Of a stretch of 64,000 bases of DNA, positions 12,701 to 23,477 are shown piece by piece. Both the position numbers and the translations under genes were made by a program. The stretch comes from Eledone cirrhosa (Eukaryota). The notes below the pieces were generated by a model, which was given only the letters and a program-made list of their open reading frames with translations, searched no databases and was not told the origin of the DNA. Position 1 is the stretch's first letter. Each line of letters opens with the position of its first letter. The stretch lies in assembly GCA_964016885.1 (NCBI GenBank), contig OZ024743.1, positions 25,730,001 through 25,794,000 of the forward strand, given 5' to 3'.

Positions 12701-13219
12701 GAGGCTATTACACCCCTCTCTATCGGGGCAGGCCCCTACGTAGTCCCAGCGTGCATCTAGGATACCATTCCAGTCCCCCACTAATAGCAAGGAGCGGGAC
12801 GTCCCTAGAAAAGTCTCCAGACGATGGAAGAAGTCCGGCCGCATTGACCCGAAAGGGCCGTAGGCGGCTACCAACCTAAATGCTCCGCCTTTACCACTGC
12901 CAAGGTCCAGAACCACTAGTCGACCCTCCGGGTCCAAATGTACCATCTGTGTTGCGAGACCCAGATGTTTTTGCAGCAGAACGACAACTCCACCCCCACC
13001 TCCGGGCTGACAGAGAGATGCGTGCATCTCAAAGTCATCAAAGGTGGGGGCCAGCTGTCGCACGTTGCTGATCCGGGCCTCGCAAATAACCATCACATCT
13101 ATACGTTGTGACCTGAGGTCATTTAGAAGCATTGCTTGCTTCCAAGTTGAGCCCAGGCCACGCGCATTTAAACAGCCTACTCTTAGCATAGCCATGTTGG
13201 TGGTGAAGAGAAAAGGCAC
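9758..13219 (-). CDS. ORF2: APE endonuclease, reverse transcriptase and C-terminal Zn motif (first ATG probably 13195)
   Basis: LNARGL, CEAR, GDWNG, YLDRF and SDH (APE); SPGLDG, FRPITLLN, DQSKAFD, QGCPLS and YADD (RT); CPRC..EETVAHALVHC. 1153 codons uninterrupted. Confidence 0.97.
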   Translation of the reverse strand: MPFLFTTNMAMLRVGCLNARGLGSTWKQAMLLNDLRSQRIDVMVICEARISNVRQLAPTFDDFEMHASLCQPGGGGGVVVLLQKHLGLATQMVHLDPEGRLVVLDLGSGKGGAFRLVAAYGPFGSMRPDFFHRLETFLGTSRSLLLVGDWNGILDARWDYVGACPDREGCNSLKGLIGRFDLADRYRLDFPTAPTWTWANRSGSSRSYLDRFLVRIKDKDFLSCPKMRIVGYSDHKLVTCMVNLDRTHRQGPGYWKLNLSLPASRAYRNRISTLVKERLTGAIVNSRWWVSLKREIRVVSIEFSKVLAADRNRKERELIDRVEEAIRSGDVARVLASRTALSQFFDAKHEGCVVRSKIRALGNEGTKAVSWARVTEANSGTKSTIRSLRDLDGRAILEPKQMCEAFQRHFARLFGRGGEPVGNVDFGPYLDGLPRLSDREAKSCEEPISAAEIEDVLSQCGKRKSPGLDGLPYELYLAMPDLFPDLLEAVYCNWQQNGRIPCTVTKGVVTLVRKDENKGDEISNFRPITLLNTELQILAKVLAKRLALVVGNLVGDAQTCAIPSRSIHDNLHLMRYIIERVGNEPGFGGALINLDQSKAFDRVDHGYLDAVLAAAGFGPVFRGWITAMHSSRICSRVKVNGYLSEPFKIARSIRQGCPLSSLLYVLTLEPLLRKLELLQGIPLEPGLRKAVSAYADDVTVMVSTASEIEAVGTLLVEYEKFTGAKLNRDKSIGLQLGTWRGRPMPSDSVVGRWTEGPVKLLGVWFGPDLQVEKNWAEVTNRVFALTQKWASCKLSLKGRAEVANTYIASVIYYRLTVVPCPRETLTKMERALFQFLWKRRAPMVRRSICCQHPSKGGLGMPWLMMRKHALRLRHLYVFLTGQPVWASFVRRTFPRLVSLTELQSWVKQRPRKLGAWHTECAQALTALWQADPVISGDSTATFYRGLVRSRCDDALGEALDMEEDELASLFGRTFSPGPMDNFQKSLAWQCYRGALPVRERLYRHGRPGRDPAKKICPRCVCDEETVAHALVHCSGVADLWGYVEQLLSRVGPIRLTTESIVMIKPPTPFKDEAEAVFLCVIAMAKEVVWWTRLKGLRSGTFLSGQQLVRFFRYHFGRRIRMEREVLHPSRFYERWVKVARMARVNGPSLYIRL

Positions 13220-13693
13220 TTACCTCTCTGCGTCCCGGGTATCGGGCTGCACAATTTCCATTAGGGTGGGGGATGGGTTGTTGGGTGGGGTGGTGGTTTG
13301 TGGAAGTGTGGGGGCATCAGTGTGTTGTGTGGTTGGGGAGCTTGGAGTTGTGTGGGTGTTTGGGGAGGGGGTGGGATAGTTTTTTAGGAGGACGCGGTTA
13401 ATGGGCCCGACGCAGGGGGGACCCACGTCCTCTTTAAAATTGTTTTTTAAAGTTTTATAGGTGTCCTGTGGGGCCTTAATCATTTTGAGGTGGGGGAAAT
13501 CCCCTGCCTGGGTGAAGTTAGGCCCTTGTGTTTTTATTAGATTGTTGTTGTACACAATGTTTAACAGTTTTTTGTTTCTTGTATTTATGTATGTGTATGC
13601 ATGTTTTTGTTTTTGTGTGGTGTTTTTTGTTTGCTGTTGTGAGCTCTTTTGTGTTGGTGTCAGTGTTATGTTTTGGGGAGGGGTTTTTTTCAT
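13220..13693 (-). CDS. Pro/Thr-rich ORF, either the ORF1 C-terminal continuation or a separate middle ORF
   Basis: Its ATG overlaps the ORF1 stop (ATGA at 13693-13690) and its stop abuts the ORF2 frame. Composition resembles the ORF1 tail. Confidence 0.55.
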   Translation of the reverse strand: MKKTPPQNITLTPTQKSSQQQTKNTTQKQKHAYTYINTRNKKLLNIVYNNNLIKTQGPNFTQAGDFPHLKMIKAPQDTYKTLKNNFKEDVGPPCVGPINRVLLKNYPTPSPNTHTTPSSPTTQHTDAPTLPQTTTPPNNPSPTLMEIVQPDTRDAER

Positions 13694-15006
13694 TTGTGTG
13701 TCTGAGGTGTGTTTTCTTTTTTTTCTTTTGATTGTGTGGAAGTGCTCCTCCTCGTCTGACGACGAACTAGGGTATCTTCCGCGTTGGAGGGGAGGGGTAT
13801 ATTTTCGGGTTGTGTTTGCGGTACGGGTGTTTTGGAAATTGTTTTTGTTTTTTGAGTGGAGGGGATGGGTTGGACATTGTTTTGTTTTGGTTTGAGCTGT
13901 GGTGGTTGTATTTGTTGTGGTAGTTGTGGTGATTGTGTTGGTTGTGCAGTTGTTGGTGGTGTAGGCAGGATTGGGGTTTTCTTATTAAGTTGGGGACAGA
14001 CAGCCCTCAGGTGACCTCTGGTTCCGCAGAGGTAACACGAGGGCCGTCTACCCTCAACGGTAATGTTGATGAAGGTTAGATCATCCAGTATGACGCGTTC
14101 AGGGATCTGGGCGATCCTTTCGGGCCTCATTTGAACTACAAGTTCGAGGCTCGTTCCACTGAACGCGTCACCCGATGCCTTTCCCATGGACACCAGCATG
14201 TCATCCTCCAGGTCCAGAAAACCTGTCAAAACCCACCATATGTCCATAATCGGCAGGATGGTGTGGATTTTTATTTTTTGTGTTCTTCTACCCATGTACG
14301 TAGGGTAGAAGGTGTATGCGGTGGATGTGATTGGTTTGATGGACAGTTTCACTGCTGTGTCCCTGTCCTTCATGAGAATGGATAGACTCCCGTAGAGTCT
14401 ATCCTTCTGAATGAAGGTGATGTCCTTCATGACGTCTTTTAAAACCAGCTCTATCTCGCTCTGTGATGGTTGAGCTGGTTTTTTACTTTTGTTCGAGATT
14501 GTCCTAAACATGACCGTGTTTAGGAGTCTCTGGCTTTTTAGTTCCGGGGGGGAATGGATTGTGAATGAACCATTTTCCCCGTACACTATATATTTTTTCG
14601 CATCCGCCAGTAGCTCCTTCGCTTTTGTTATATCTACTGGCAGATAGTCGAGGGTTTTCCTTGTCGTCTCGGCGAAGGAGAAATTTTGTTTGTTTGTGTT
14701 GTTGTTGTCGTTGGTGGTGTTGTTGTTATCATTGTTGTTGTTGTCACCGTTATTGGTCTTGTTGTTGTTATTGTTATTGTTATTGGTGTTGCTTTCGTCC
14801 GTCGCATTGTTGTTGTTGTTGCTGTTGCTGCTGGTTCTTTGGGTTGTTGCCATGGCAACGTCAAGTTGTCGGTTAACAGGTGGAGAGAATTCTTCCTCTG
14901 GCTGACCTATCTTCTTGACCTCTGCTACTGTGACAGTGGCAGGGGGAAGCTGTAAGTTCATCTTCCCCTTTCCTCCTTCGAATTTTGGTGAAGAAGCTTC
15001 GGCCAT
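13690..15006 (-). CDS. ORF1 gag-like nucleic-acid-binding protein
   Basis: 438 aa with zinc knuckle CYLCGTRGHLRAVC preceded by VEGRRP, and a poly-Asn tract. It lies upstream of ORF2. Confidence 0.9.
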   Translation of the reverse strand: MAEASSPKFEGGKGKMNLQLPPATVTVAEVKKIGQPEEEFSPPVNRQLDVAMATTQRTSSNSNNNNNATDESNTNNNNNNNNKTNNGDNNNNDNNNTTNDNNNTNKQNFSFAETTRKTLDYLPVDITKAKELLADAKKYIVYGENGSFTIHSPPELKSQRLLNTVMFRTISNKSKKPAQPSQSEIELVLKDVMKDITFIQKDRLYGSLSILMKDRDTAVKLSIKPITSTAYTFYPTYMGRRTQKIKIHTILPIMDIWWVLTGFLDLEDDMLVSMGKASGDAFSGTSLELVVQMRPERIAQIPERVILDDLTFINITVEGRRPSCYLCGTRGHLRAVCPQLNKKTPILPTPPTTAQPTQSPQLPQQIQPPQLKPKQNNVQPIPSTQKTKTISKTPVPQTQPENIPLPSNAEDTLVRRQTRRSTSTQSKEKKENTPQTHK

Positions 15007-15217
15007 TTAAAAAAAATATTGACTTTTCAACAAGAAAAAACTTTTTTTTAACTATTTCGCCTAAAGGCGTAGAATATTTTGAGAGACTGACCAGATCAAA
15101 GTTTGACCTGGCAGTCCCTCTACAAAATGGTACAAAAATTAAAGTTATCAGTCAAGAATTTCTATAGAAATTTAAACAGAACTTACTCAGCAAGTTATAC
15201 GCGTGTGTCCATCCCAG

Positions 15218-15269
<52 letters not shown>

Positions 15270-15270
<1 letters not shown>

Positions 15271-15347
15271 TATTTCTTTATTAGCCACAGGGGCACAAAA
15301 GAAGGGGACAAATACAAAGGGGGAAGTTTACATACAATAAAAACGTG
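15270..15347 (-). mobile_element. Very short 3'-end copy of a related Tx1-like LINE between GATA tracts
   Basis: tatttctttattagccacagggcac...ggacaaatacaaagggggaagtttaca matches the 3' terminus at 9493-9556. Confidence 0.8.
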
Positions 15348-15617
15348 TAGATAGATAAATAGATAGATAGATATAGATAGATACATTTGTTACCACATAC
15401 ATACATTCACAATCTAACCATGCATAAACAATTAATTATACGACCATATAGTATTCTTTTATACTTTTTATATTTCTTTTGCTCTCTTCTTTTTGCTTTT
15501 TAGCTTGTGTTTCTGTTTTTGTTTTTGTAACTTCTAAAAATGTATATTTAGTATCTTCTAAACACAGAAGAATTTAACACATCTATGAATTATACATACA
15601 TATATACGTATATACAT

Positions 15618-15649
<32 letters not shown>

Positions 15650-15742
15650 GTATATTCATATATATAGATACATACATACACACATATATATATATAATAT
15701 ATATGCATATACGTATATATGTATTTATAATATACATGTATG

Positions 15743-15777
<35 letters not shown>

Positions 15778-15793
15778 ATATATATATATATAT

Positions 15794-15830
<37 letters not shown>

Positions 15831-16839
15831 GCAAGGCATCTAATACTTAAAAGAAAACCATTGTCGAATGTTAAATTTACCAGCACCGCCATCTCTACTA
15901 CCACGACCTTCCCCACCAACAACGCTACCTGAGGGCATCGACTCCAACAACATCCCATTCATCCACAAGTTTATTTATTTCCCTATAGGGGAAAAATCAC
16001 ACGCTAACTACCAACATTAAATATGGCGGCCAAATCGGACTTTCATGCATTTTAAACAAAAAGATGCTTAAGTGGACGTTTATATTTATTCCTGGACATG
16101 CAAATTGCATGAAAACACTGAAGATAAAACATACCTTAATAGGCTTCTATGTCTATGTAAAACATATTAAAGATTGTGGCATGCATTAAATAGGCAAAAA
16201 TAAAGCATATGTTCTGTAGTGAGGCTTAACAATAAATAGTCTCAGTTACTATGACAACAATGCTCTATTAACAACGTTTTTTTTTGTTTTTGTTTTCGTT
16301 TGTTTTGTTATTTATTATATATTGTTGTTGTTGTTGCTGGCTTGTATTTTTGCAGTAACTGTTCTTCTTCCACTACATCTTCTTCGCTACTCTGATGTCG
16401 GTGATTAGACGATGAATTCGTTCGCTGAAAATTGTCGGGGGTCGTTAGCTTACACCATTACGGGCAAGTGGTTTCTATTGTTGTACACAAATGGATAACA
16501 CAATATACAATCGGCACACACACACACACATACATACATACACACTTACACACACACACAAACATACACACATACATACACACACATACACATATACATA
16601 CACACACATACATACACACACATACACAGATACATACACACACAAACATATACATACACACACATACACACATACAGACACACAAACACACACATACACA
16701 CACACACATAAATAGACGTTTTATAGGCACAAAGACATACACACTCATTTACATAAATATAATTATTAACATACATACACTCACATACACACACACATAT
16801 ATGTATATATATATATATATAAAAAAATATATATGTATG

Positions 16840-16894
<55 letters not shown>

Positions 16895-16909
16895 AATATA
16901 TATATTTTA

Positions 16910-16944
<35 letters not shown>

Positions 16945-16973
16945 CATACACATATATTTATAAATATATATAT

Positions 16974-17041
<68 letters not shown>

Positions 17042-17076
17042 TTTTTCACATATATAAATATATATATATAAATATA

Positions 17077-17112
<36 letters not shown>

Positions 17113-17259
17113 AATATATACACAAAAACCTAAATATATGAAAACATAAATAGCTTTGTGTAATTTTTACTCTCTCGTGTAGAAACATACTCATACACCC
17201 CCACCACGCATCATATATATATGTATATATATATAGAGAGAGAGGAGGGGGAGAGAGAG

Positions 17260-17340
<81 letters not shown>

Positions 17341-17665
17341 TTGTTATACAAATATATATATATAAGTATGTACATATATATATATGTCTGTGTGTGTGTG
17401 TGAAAGAGAGCGCAAGAGAGAGAAATTAAGAAAGAGGGAGAGTGTGTGTGTTGATGTATAAGTGTGTGTTTGATGATTTAGTGTGTATATCAGTATATAT
17501 TCTATGTTAATATATACGTACATATTTGTGTGTACAATAATAAGTGAACAAATAATCTTACATAACGATAAGTTTATAAACAAACTGTACAGACATTATT
17601 GATTAGATACTCTCTCTCTCTATCTCTCTCTCTCTCTCACACACACACATACACACACAAACACA

Positions 17666-17715
<50 letters not shown>

Positions 17716-17760
17716 GGCACAGACACACAAACACATATGTATCCATCCAACTGGTATACG

Positions 17761-17808
<48 letters not shown>

Positions 17809-17829
17809 CTATATATATATATACATATA

Positions 17830-18575
17830 GTGGTAGAACACTGGAAGGTAATATCCGTAGTGGTAGAGCACTCAGTCCATGGGACGAGTTAGGTAGAAGT
17901 GGTTACACAACAGTTAGTTCACCATACCGAGAACAATTGTTTCATCTTAACGGATCTTCAGCTAGTAATGGACATGGTTATACGGAACAGGAAGGACAAC
18001 CGTACGAACGCGCATGCGCAGAAACCGGTCACTTCACACAGGCAATACTAAAATGCGTGCGAGAAGTGTAAGGGAGATAACTGCGAAAGTCCGAAAAGTT
18101 TTAGTTCATAAGAAAATGATGATGTTGTTGTAATGATTCAATCTGGAGCTTTGTAGTTATGCATGAGGTGTTTCGAGACGTGTGGACAACGTGTGAAAAA
18201 TTCATTTCTCGTGTTTAGGCAATCACTAAAAAGATTATGCAATAGTGATTGCCTAAACACGAGAAATGAATTTTTCACACGTTGTCCACACGTCTCGAAA
18301 CACCTCATGCATAACTACAAAGCTCCGGATTGAATCATTACAACATCATAATTTTCTTATCAACTAAAAATTTTTCGGACTTTCGCAGTTATCTCCCTTA
18401 CACCTTTCGCACGTATTTTAGTATTGTCTGTGTGAAGTGACCGGTTTCTGCGCATGCGTGTTCGTACGGTTGTCCTTCCTGTTCCGTATAACCATGTCCA
18501 TTACGAGCTGAAGATCCGCTAAGGTGAAACAATTTCTCTCGGTATGGTGAACTAACTGTTGTGTAACCACTTCTA
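17830..18575. mobile_element. TA-flanked fold-back element, ~335 bp arms, a hammerhead in each arm
   Basis: Arms 17894-18228 and 18243-18575. Hammerheads at 17927-17965 (-) (CUGAAGA..GAAA C-AAUU-G UU) and 18504-18541 (+), the latter with stem III mutated. Confidence 0.88.
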
Positions 18576-18579
18576 TATA

Positions 18580-18626
<47 letters not shown>

Positions 18627-18632
<6 letters not shown>

Positions 18633-19140
18633 AAATTTTCGCTCTACATGGCTGAATACAATAAATGTAATCTGAGTTTTTCGAATATTAATAATAACAT
18701 TCGGTTTGTTTGCAATTATGCAAACAAGCCTCAATTTTATAGCCATGTGAGTAGAGTAGAATGACCACTTCATTCTTGCTCTTGTGTTGGCATGTGAACA
18801 GAACTGCAGACACTAATGTTTCTGGGCATCACCCTTCATCAGTACAGATCACTGTTCACCTGCTAAACTGTCAGAGCTAGTGAAAATACATGGTATTTTC
18901 AAAAGTACACAGTGACTGATCGGCCTGATTTGCATATTAGCATATATTGTCACTAGCTATGACAGTTTGGCAGGTGAACAGTGAGCTGTACTGATGAAGG
19001 TTGTTACCCAGAACATTAGTGTCTGCAGTTCTGTTCGCATGCCAACACAAGAGCAAGAATGAAGGGTTCATTCTACTGACATGGCTATAAAATTGAGGCT
19101 TGTTTGCATAATTGCAAACGAATCGAATGTTATTATTATT
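18627..19140. mobile_element. Fold-back element next to (TA)n, ~200 bp arms, a hammerhead in each arm
   Basis: Arms ~18690-18889 and ~18945-19137. Hammerhead at 18804-18847 (-): CUGUA CUGAUGA aGGGU-gau-GCCCa GAAA CA-UUAG-UG UC UGCAG. The mirror copy at 18986-19028 (+) lacks one A of GAAA. Confidence 0.88.
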
Positions 19141-19143
19141 AAT

Positions 19144-19268
19144 TGTTTCTACTTTTTGACACAAGGCCAGCAATAACCCAGAACGTTACTGGTACTTTAT
19201 TTTATCGGCCCTGTAAGGATGAAAGGCAAAGTTAACCTCGGCGGCAGTTGAACTCAGATCATAAAGGG
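19144..19268 (-). mobile_element. SINE family B fragment
   Basis: ctggtactttattttatcggccctgtaaggatgaaaggcaaagttaacctcggcgg matches 23183-23360 in reverse. Confidence 0.8.
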
Positions 19269-19290
19269 CCATTATTATTAATATTAGAAA

Positions 19291-19370
<80 letters not shown>

Positions 19371-19579
19371 TATAAGTAAATATACTCAACGATTCTTATA
19401 TACATGTTCTTATTTACGTAAGGGAATGTGGAGGATGATTCCGTACACAGAAGAGGATGTGTGTTTAAAAGGGAAGTAACTCATTGGTGTAAACATATTT
19501 ACTCTGAATTAACTTTAAAATATATTAATCTATACACATACATTTAAATTCATGAATATATATATGAACACTTGCACTC

Positions 19580-19690
<111 letters not shown>

Positions 19691-19974
19691 CCGTAAAATG
19701 GACATTTTGGGGGTCGTTTGAGCCACTAGAAATAGCTATCAGATCTCCCTCAGATCCACCCCTACTCTTTAAAGAAAGATGTATGATACCATAAAGCCCA
19801 TATCTATACAAAGACATGACGGTCACAGCGTGAATGCCTACGTTTATCAAGTTTTCAAATTCATATAATATCATGTCTAATATAGTGTAATTATATAATA
19901 TAGATGCTAAATTCTCTTTAACATATTTCAGCAAAGAGGACAAAAATATGGAGACATCTGTTTGCATATATGGA

Positions 19975-20330
19975 GAGATGAGAGGATTTGATCTGATGGA
20001 AGAGTGGCGAAGATCATGGAAAGAGTTTACTTTTGGTGACCAGGACCCCACATCTAAACCAGCCGACTTTGACCTTCCCAGAAAGCAACAGGTGTCCCTT
20101 AATCGGTTCGGCACAATACATACCAGAACAGCCCAGCGTCTCCATTGATGGAAAAGACGACCCAACCTGTGACTGTGGGGAAACCTAACCAGACAGTACT
20201 GCATGTTGTTCTGGATTGTCTCCTCGGGCGTCTTCCACAATGCTGCAAATGGCACCTTCGTCTGGCTCGCTTGTCTCTCCATCTGTCCCTCTCTAGCTAC
20301 TGTACATATGTCAGACGACAAGAAGAAGAA
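19975..20330 (+). mobile_element. Vingi/Ingi-like LINE 3' fragment with a (GAA)n tail
   Basis: KPADFDLPRKQQVSLNRFGTIHTRTAQRLH*W..TPNCDCG..QTVLHVVLDC across frames. Followed directly by GAA/GGA repeats to 20573. Confidence 0.65.
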
Positions 20331-21364
20331 GGGGATGAGGGAGGGGGAGAAGGGGGAGAAGAAGAAGAAGAAGAAGAAGAAGAAGAAGAAGAAGAAGAAG
20401 GAGGAGGAGGAGGAGGAGGAGGAGGAGGAGAAGAAGAAGAAGAAGAAGAAGAAGAAGAAGAAGAAGAAGAAGAAGAAGAAGAAGAAGAAGGAGGAGAAGA
20501 AGAAGAAGAAGAAGAAGAAGAAGAAGAAGAAGAAGAAGAAGAAGAAGAAGAAGAAGAAGAAGAAGAAGAAGAATATGTTCAGTATCCTTCTGATGACCCG
20601 TTACAGGACTTTACTGACAGGTTAAGCCAGAGAGAGATAAAGAAAGAGAGAGAGTGAGGGAGCGAGAGAGAGAGTGTGGTATGTGAGCGAGAGAGAGAGA
20701 GAGAGAAAGAGAGGTCTTTAATTTTTAGCAACATTTCTGCATCCCTCTTTATGAATAGGACATCTTATACCTTTAACCTTTGGGGAGTTTATCATATACA
20801 AGAAAGGTATGGCAGAGGATGGACAGTGGTCTCTATAAAGCCAATTTATATGTTTGTAGAAAAATCACTGGGAAACTATTAGGCCATGAAGGGAAGTTTA
20901 TATTCTTTTCATGTATGGGTGATGTTACATCTTCCTCTTTTACGTCGATATAATTGATAGTTGGTGTATCTTTATGCAAAGCTATAATGTCAAGAACTCA
21001 TCTGTCTTGTTCCATCGGGGAGTTGAATATTCTTTTCGATTGATCTTTCATTGTTTCAATTATACGTTTAGGGTCTGCAGCTTATGGCCCGATTTCTTTT
21101 TCTGCCCTATCCTTTACATGAGAATATCTGAATTTATTTTCAGACTCTGGCAATATTCGCCCTTAATGAATTTTTTCGCAGGTTTTCCGATTCGAGATCC
21201 TTGTTCTTCATGTCAAAATAACTTTTATTTCTATCACTATCCTAGCTCTGTGTGTGTATGTATAGATATGTGTGTGAGAGTGTGTGTATGTACATATACA
21301 GATGTTTATAAGCATGTGTATTTATGTAGGCATATGCAAATATATATATATATACTGTATATCC

Positions 21365-21581
21365 TGTAGTAAAAGTTTGGTAGAAATATCCAAAGGTAAG
21401 AGCAGTTTAGTATATATAATTACAACAGTGACATAAACAGGTTATAAGTTTCGTTGGGTTGTGGACCCCAACTCATTCAGCTGTCATAAAAAATAAATTC
21501 TTTTTTTTTTTCCTTATGACAGCTGAATGAGTTGGGGTCCAGAACCCAACGAAACTTAAGTACCTGTTTATGTCACTCTTG

Positions 21582-21592
<11 letters not shown>
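21365..21592. mobile_element. TA-flanked fold-back element with a variant hammerhead in each arm
   Basis: Arms ~21411-21489 and 21514-21592. At 21519-21567 (+): ACAG CUGAAUGA GUUGGG-guccagaa-CCCAAC GAAA C-UUAA-G UA cCUGU. Confidence 0.8.
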
Positions 21593-21639
<47 letters not shown>

Positions 21640-21642
21640 AAT

Positions 21643-22110
21643 GTAAGTATGTATGTATGTATCCGTACATACATATATGTATACAGACGTACAGTAGTAT
21701 GTATATATATATACATACATGCACACATATATATATGCACGTATCGGTTTACCGAACATTTATTATAATGCTCTGTTTGTTTGTTTGTAAACAAACAAAC
21801 AGCCCGAATTACGCCGTACAGTGTTTAGGCAACCACGTCACCTTTTTGTTCAACATTGACATAGGAACGATGGTTGCCTAAACACTGTACGGCGTAATTC
21901 GGGCTGTTTGTTTGTTTACAAACAAACAAACCGAGCATTATAATAAATGTTCGGTAAACCGATACGTGCATATATATATGTGTGCATGTATGTATATATA
22001 TACATACTACTGTACGTCCGTATACATATATGTATGTACGTATACATACATACTTAGATTTAAGTAAGTGCCGTACTAAGAGTGAGAAATGAAATTTCGT
22101 TTCATTCTAT
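21643..22110. mobile_element. Fold-back copy of the 418-nt hammerhead family also present at 37460-38420, lacking the ribozyme core
   Basis: Arms ~21643-21835 and ~21868-22055. Shares accgaacatttattataatgctc and ccgtactaagagtg.gaaatgaaatttcgtttcatt with the 37.5-38.4 kb element. Confidence 0.85.
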
Positions 22111-22113
22111 TCC

Positions 22114-22198
<85 letters not shown>

Positions 22199-22203
<5 letters not shown>

Positions 22204-22388
22204 AGGAATTGTGGTAAGGAACCAGATGGACCATAACGCACCAGAGTACTCAATACTTAGGGCAGTAGAGTGGGAAATAGGAAAAAGTAGGACCCCGACG
22301 GCAGAGCTCAAGCCGTTTCGACGGCTATTTCCAGAAATAGCCGTCGAAACGGCTTGAGCTCTGCCGTCGGAGTCATACTTTTTCCTAT
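22199..22388. mobile_element. TA-flanked element with a 55-bp-arm palindrome centred on a hammerhead stem II-like hairpin
   Basis: Arms 22277-22331 and 22334-22388. A homologue in opposite orientation lies at 28727-28918. Confidence 0.75.
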
Positions 22389-23182
22389 ATATATATATAT
22401 ATATATATATATGTGCGTGTGTGTGTGTGTGTGTGTGTATATGAGGAGGAGTGTATACATATATATATATGTGTGTGTGTGTGTGCAAAGAGGGCTATAG
22501 GAAAGCGCTATTGATAAACAAAATCGACTTACCTCAATCTAACAATAATTCTGATGAACGGACAATTAAACGAGATGAAACACAGAAGACAAGTCTCATG
22601 TTTTTTATATAAACAGAATTTGTTGAAAATTTCACAACGAGGCTTCTAAACTGCAGTTATGCCTACATTAACTTTTCTAAGATAAATTTAATGTAGATAT
22701 AGATAGAGTTTATAAAAATTCTGTGAAAATATAAATATATCTTATAATATATGAATCAGATAATAGCTGTACGAGGAAACTTAGTAAAAGTAACAATTAG
22801 TGAAATTGTATGTATGTGCCAGCTTGTGTGTGTAATTTTCATTCGCCTGTGTGCATATGTGTGTGGTAATGTGCATAGGTGATAGCATTAGACAAACCAA
22901 TGCTCTAGATAGTTGCAGAAGATGCTACTGATTAAGACTAAATCAGAAATGATGTAGCTGGGAATTGAACCCCTTCACCACACAGCCATGCGTACACGTA
23001 TATATATGTATACATGCATGTATGTATATATGTATATATGTGTATGTGTATAAATGTATATGTGCATGTATATAAATATATATATGTACATATATATATT
23101 AAAATAACAGATTAAAGTTTAAACAAAGATATCGCTGCTTTCACCCTTAACGGGATCTTCTGATTTATTATTATTACTATGA

Positions 23183-23360
23183 ATTGGCAGTATCGGTAGA
23201 GGGTTGGACGCCATGCTTTCTAGCATAGTTACGTCCTTTTACGGTCTGAGTTCAAATCCCGCCGAGGTTAACTTTGCCTTTCATCCTTACGGAGTCGATA
23301 AAATGAAGTACCAGTAATGTACTGGATAATTGCTGGCCTTGTGCCAAAAGTAGAAACAAT
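23183..23360 (+). mobile_element. tRNA-derived SINE, family B
   Basis: A box-like tggcagtatcgg, B box gagttcaaatcc, then ccgaggttaactttgcctttcatccttacggagtcgataaaatgaagtaccag. Confidence 0.85.
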
Positions 23361-23389
23361 TATTACTATATATATATATATATTTTTTT

Positions 23390-23435
23390 TTTTTAAGTAA
23401 AAAGAAATTCAAACACACACACACACACACAACAC

Positions 23436-23477
<42 letters not shown>

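Larger units (their letters stand above)
9493..15216 (-). mobile_element. Full-length Tx1/L1-clade non-LTR retrotransposon inserted in (GATA)n
   Basis: 5' UTR, ORF1 with CCHC knuckle, open EN-RT ORF2, and a 3' UTR ending aataaaagaaatat that runs into (TATC)n. GATA tracts on both flanks. Confidence 0.95.

Noticed and set aside
22545-22600. ctgatga...gaaac hammerhead candidate
   Set aside because: No convincing stem I, II or III pairing.
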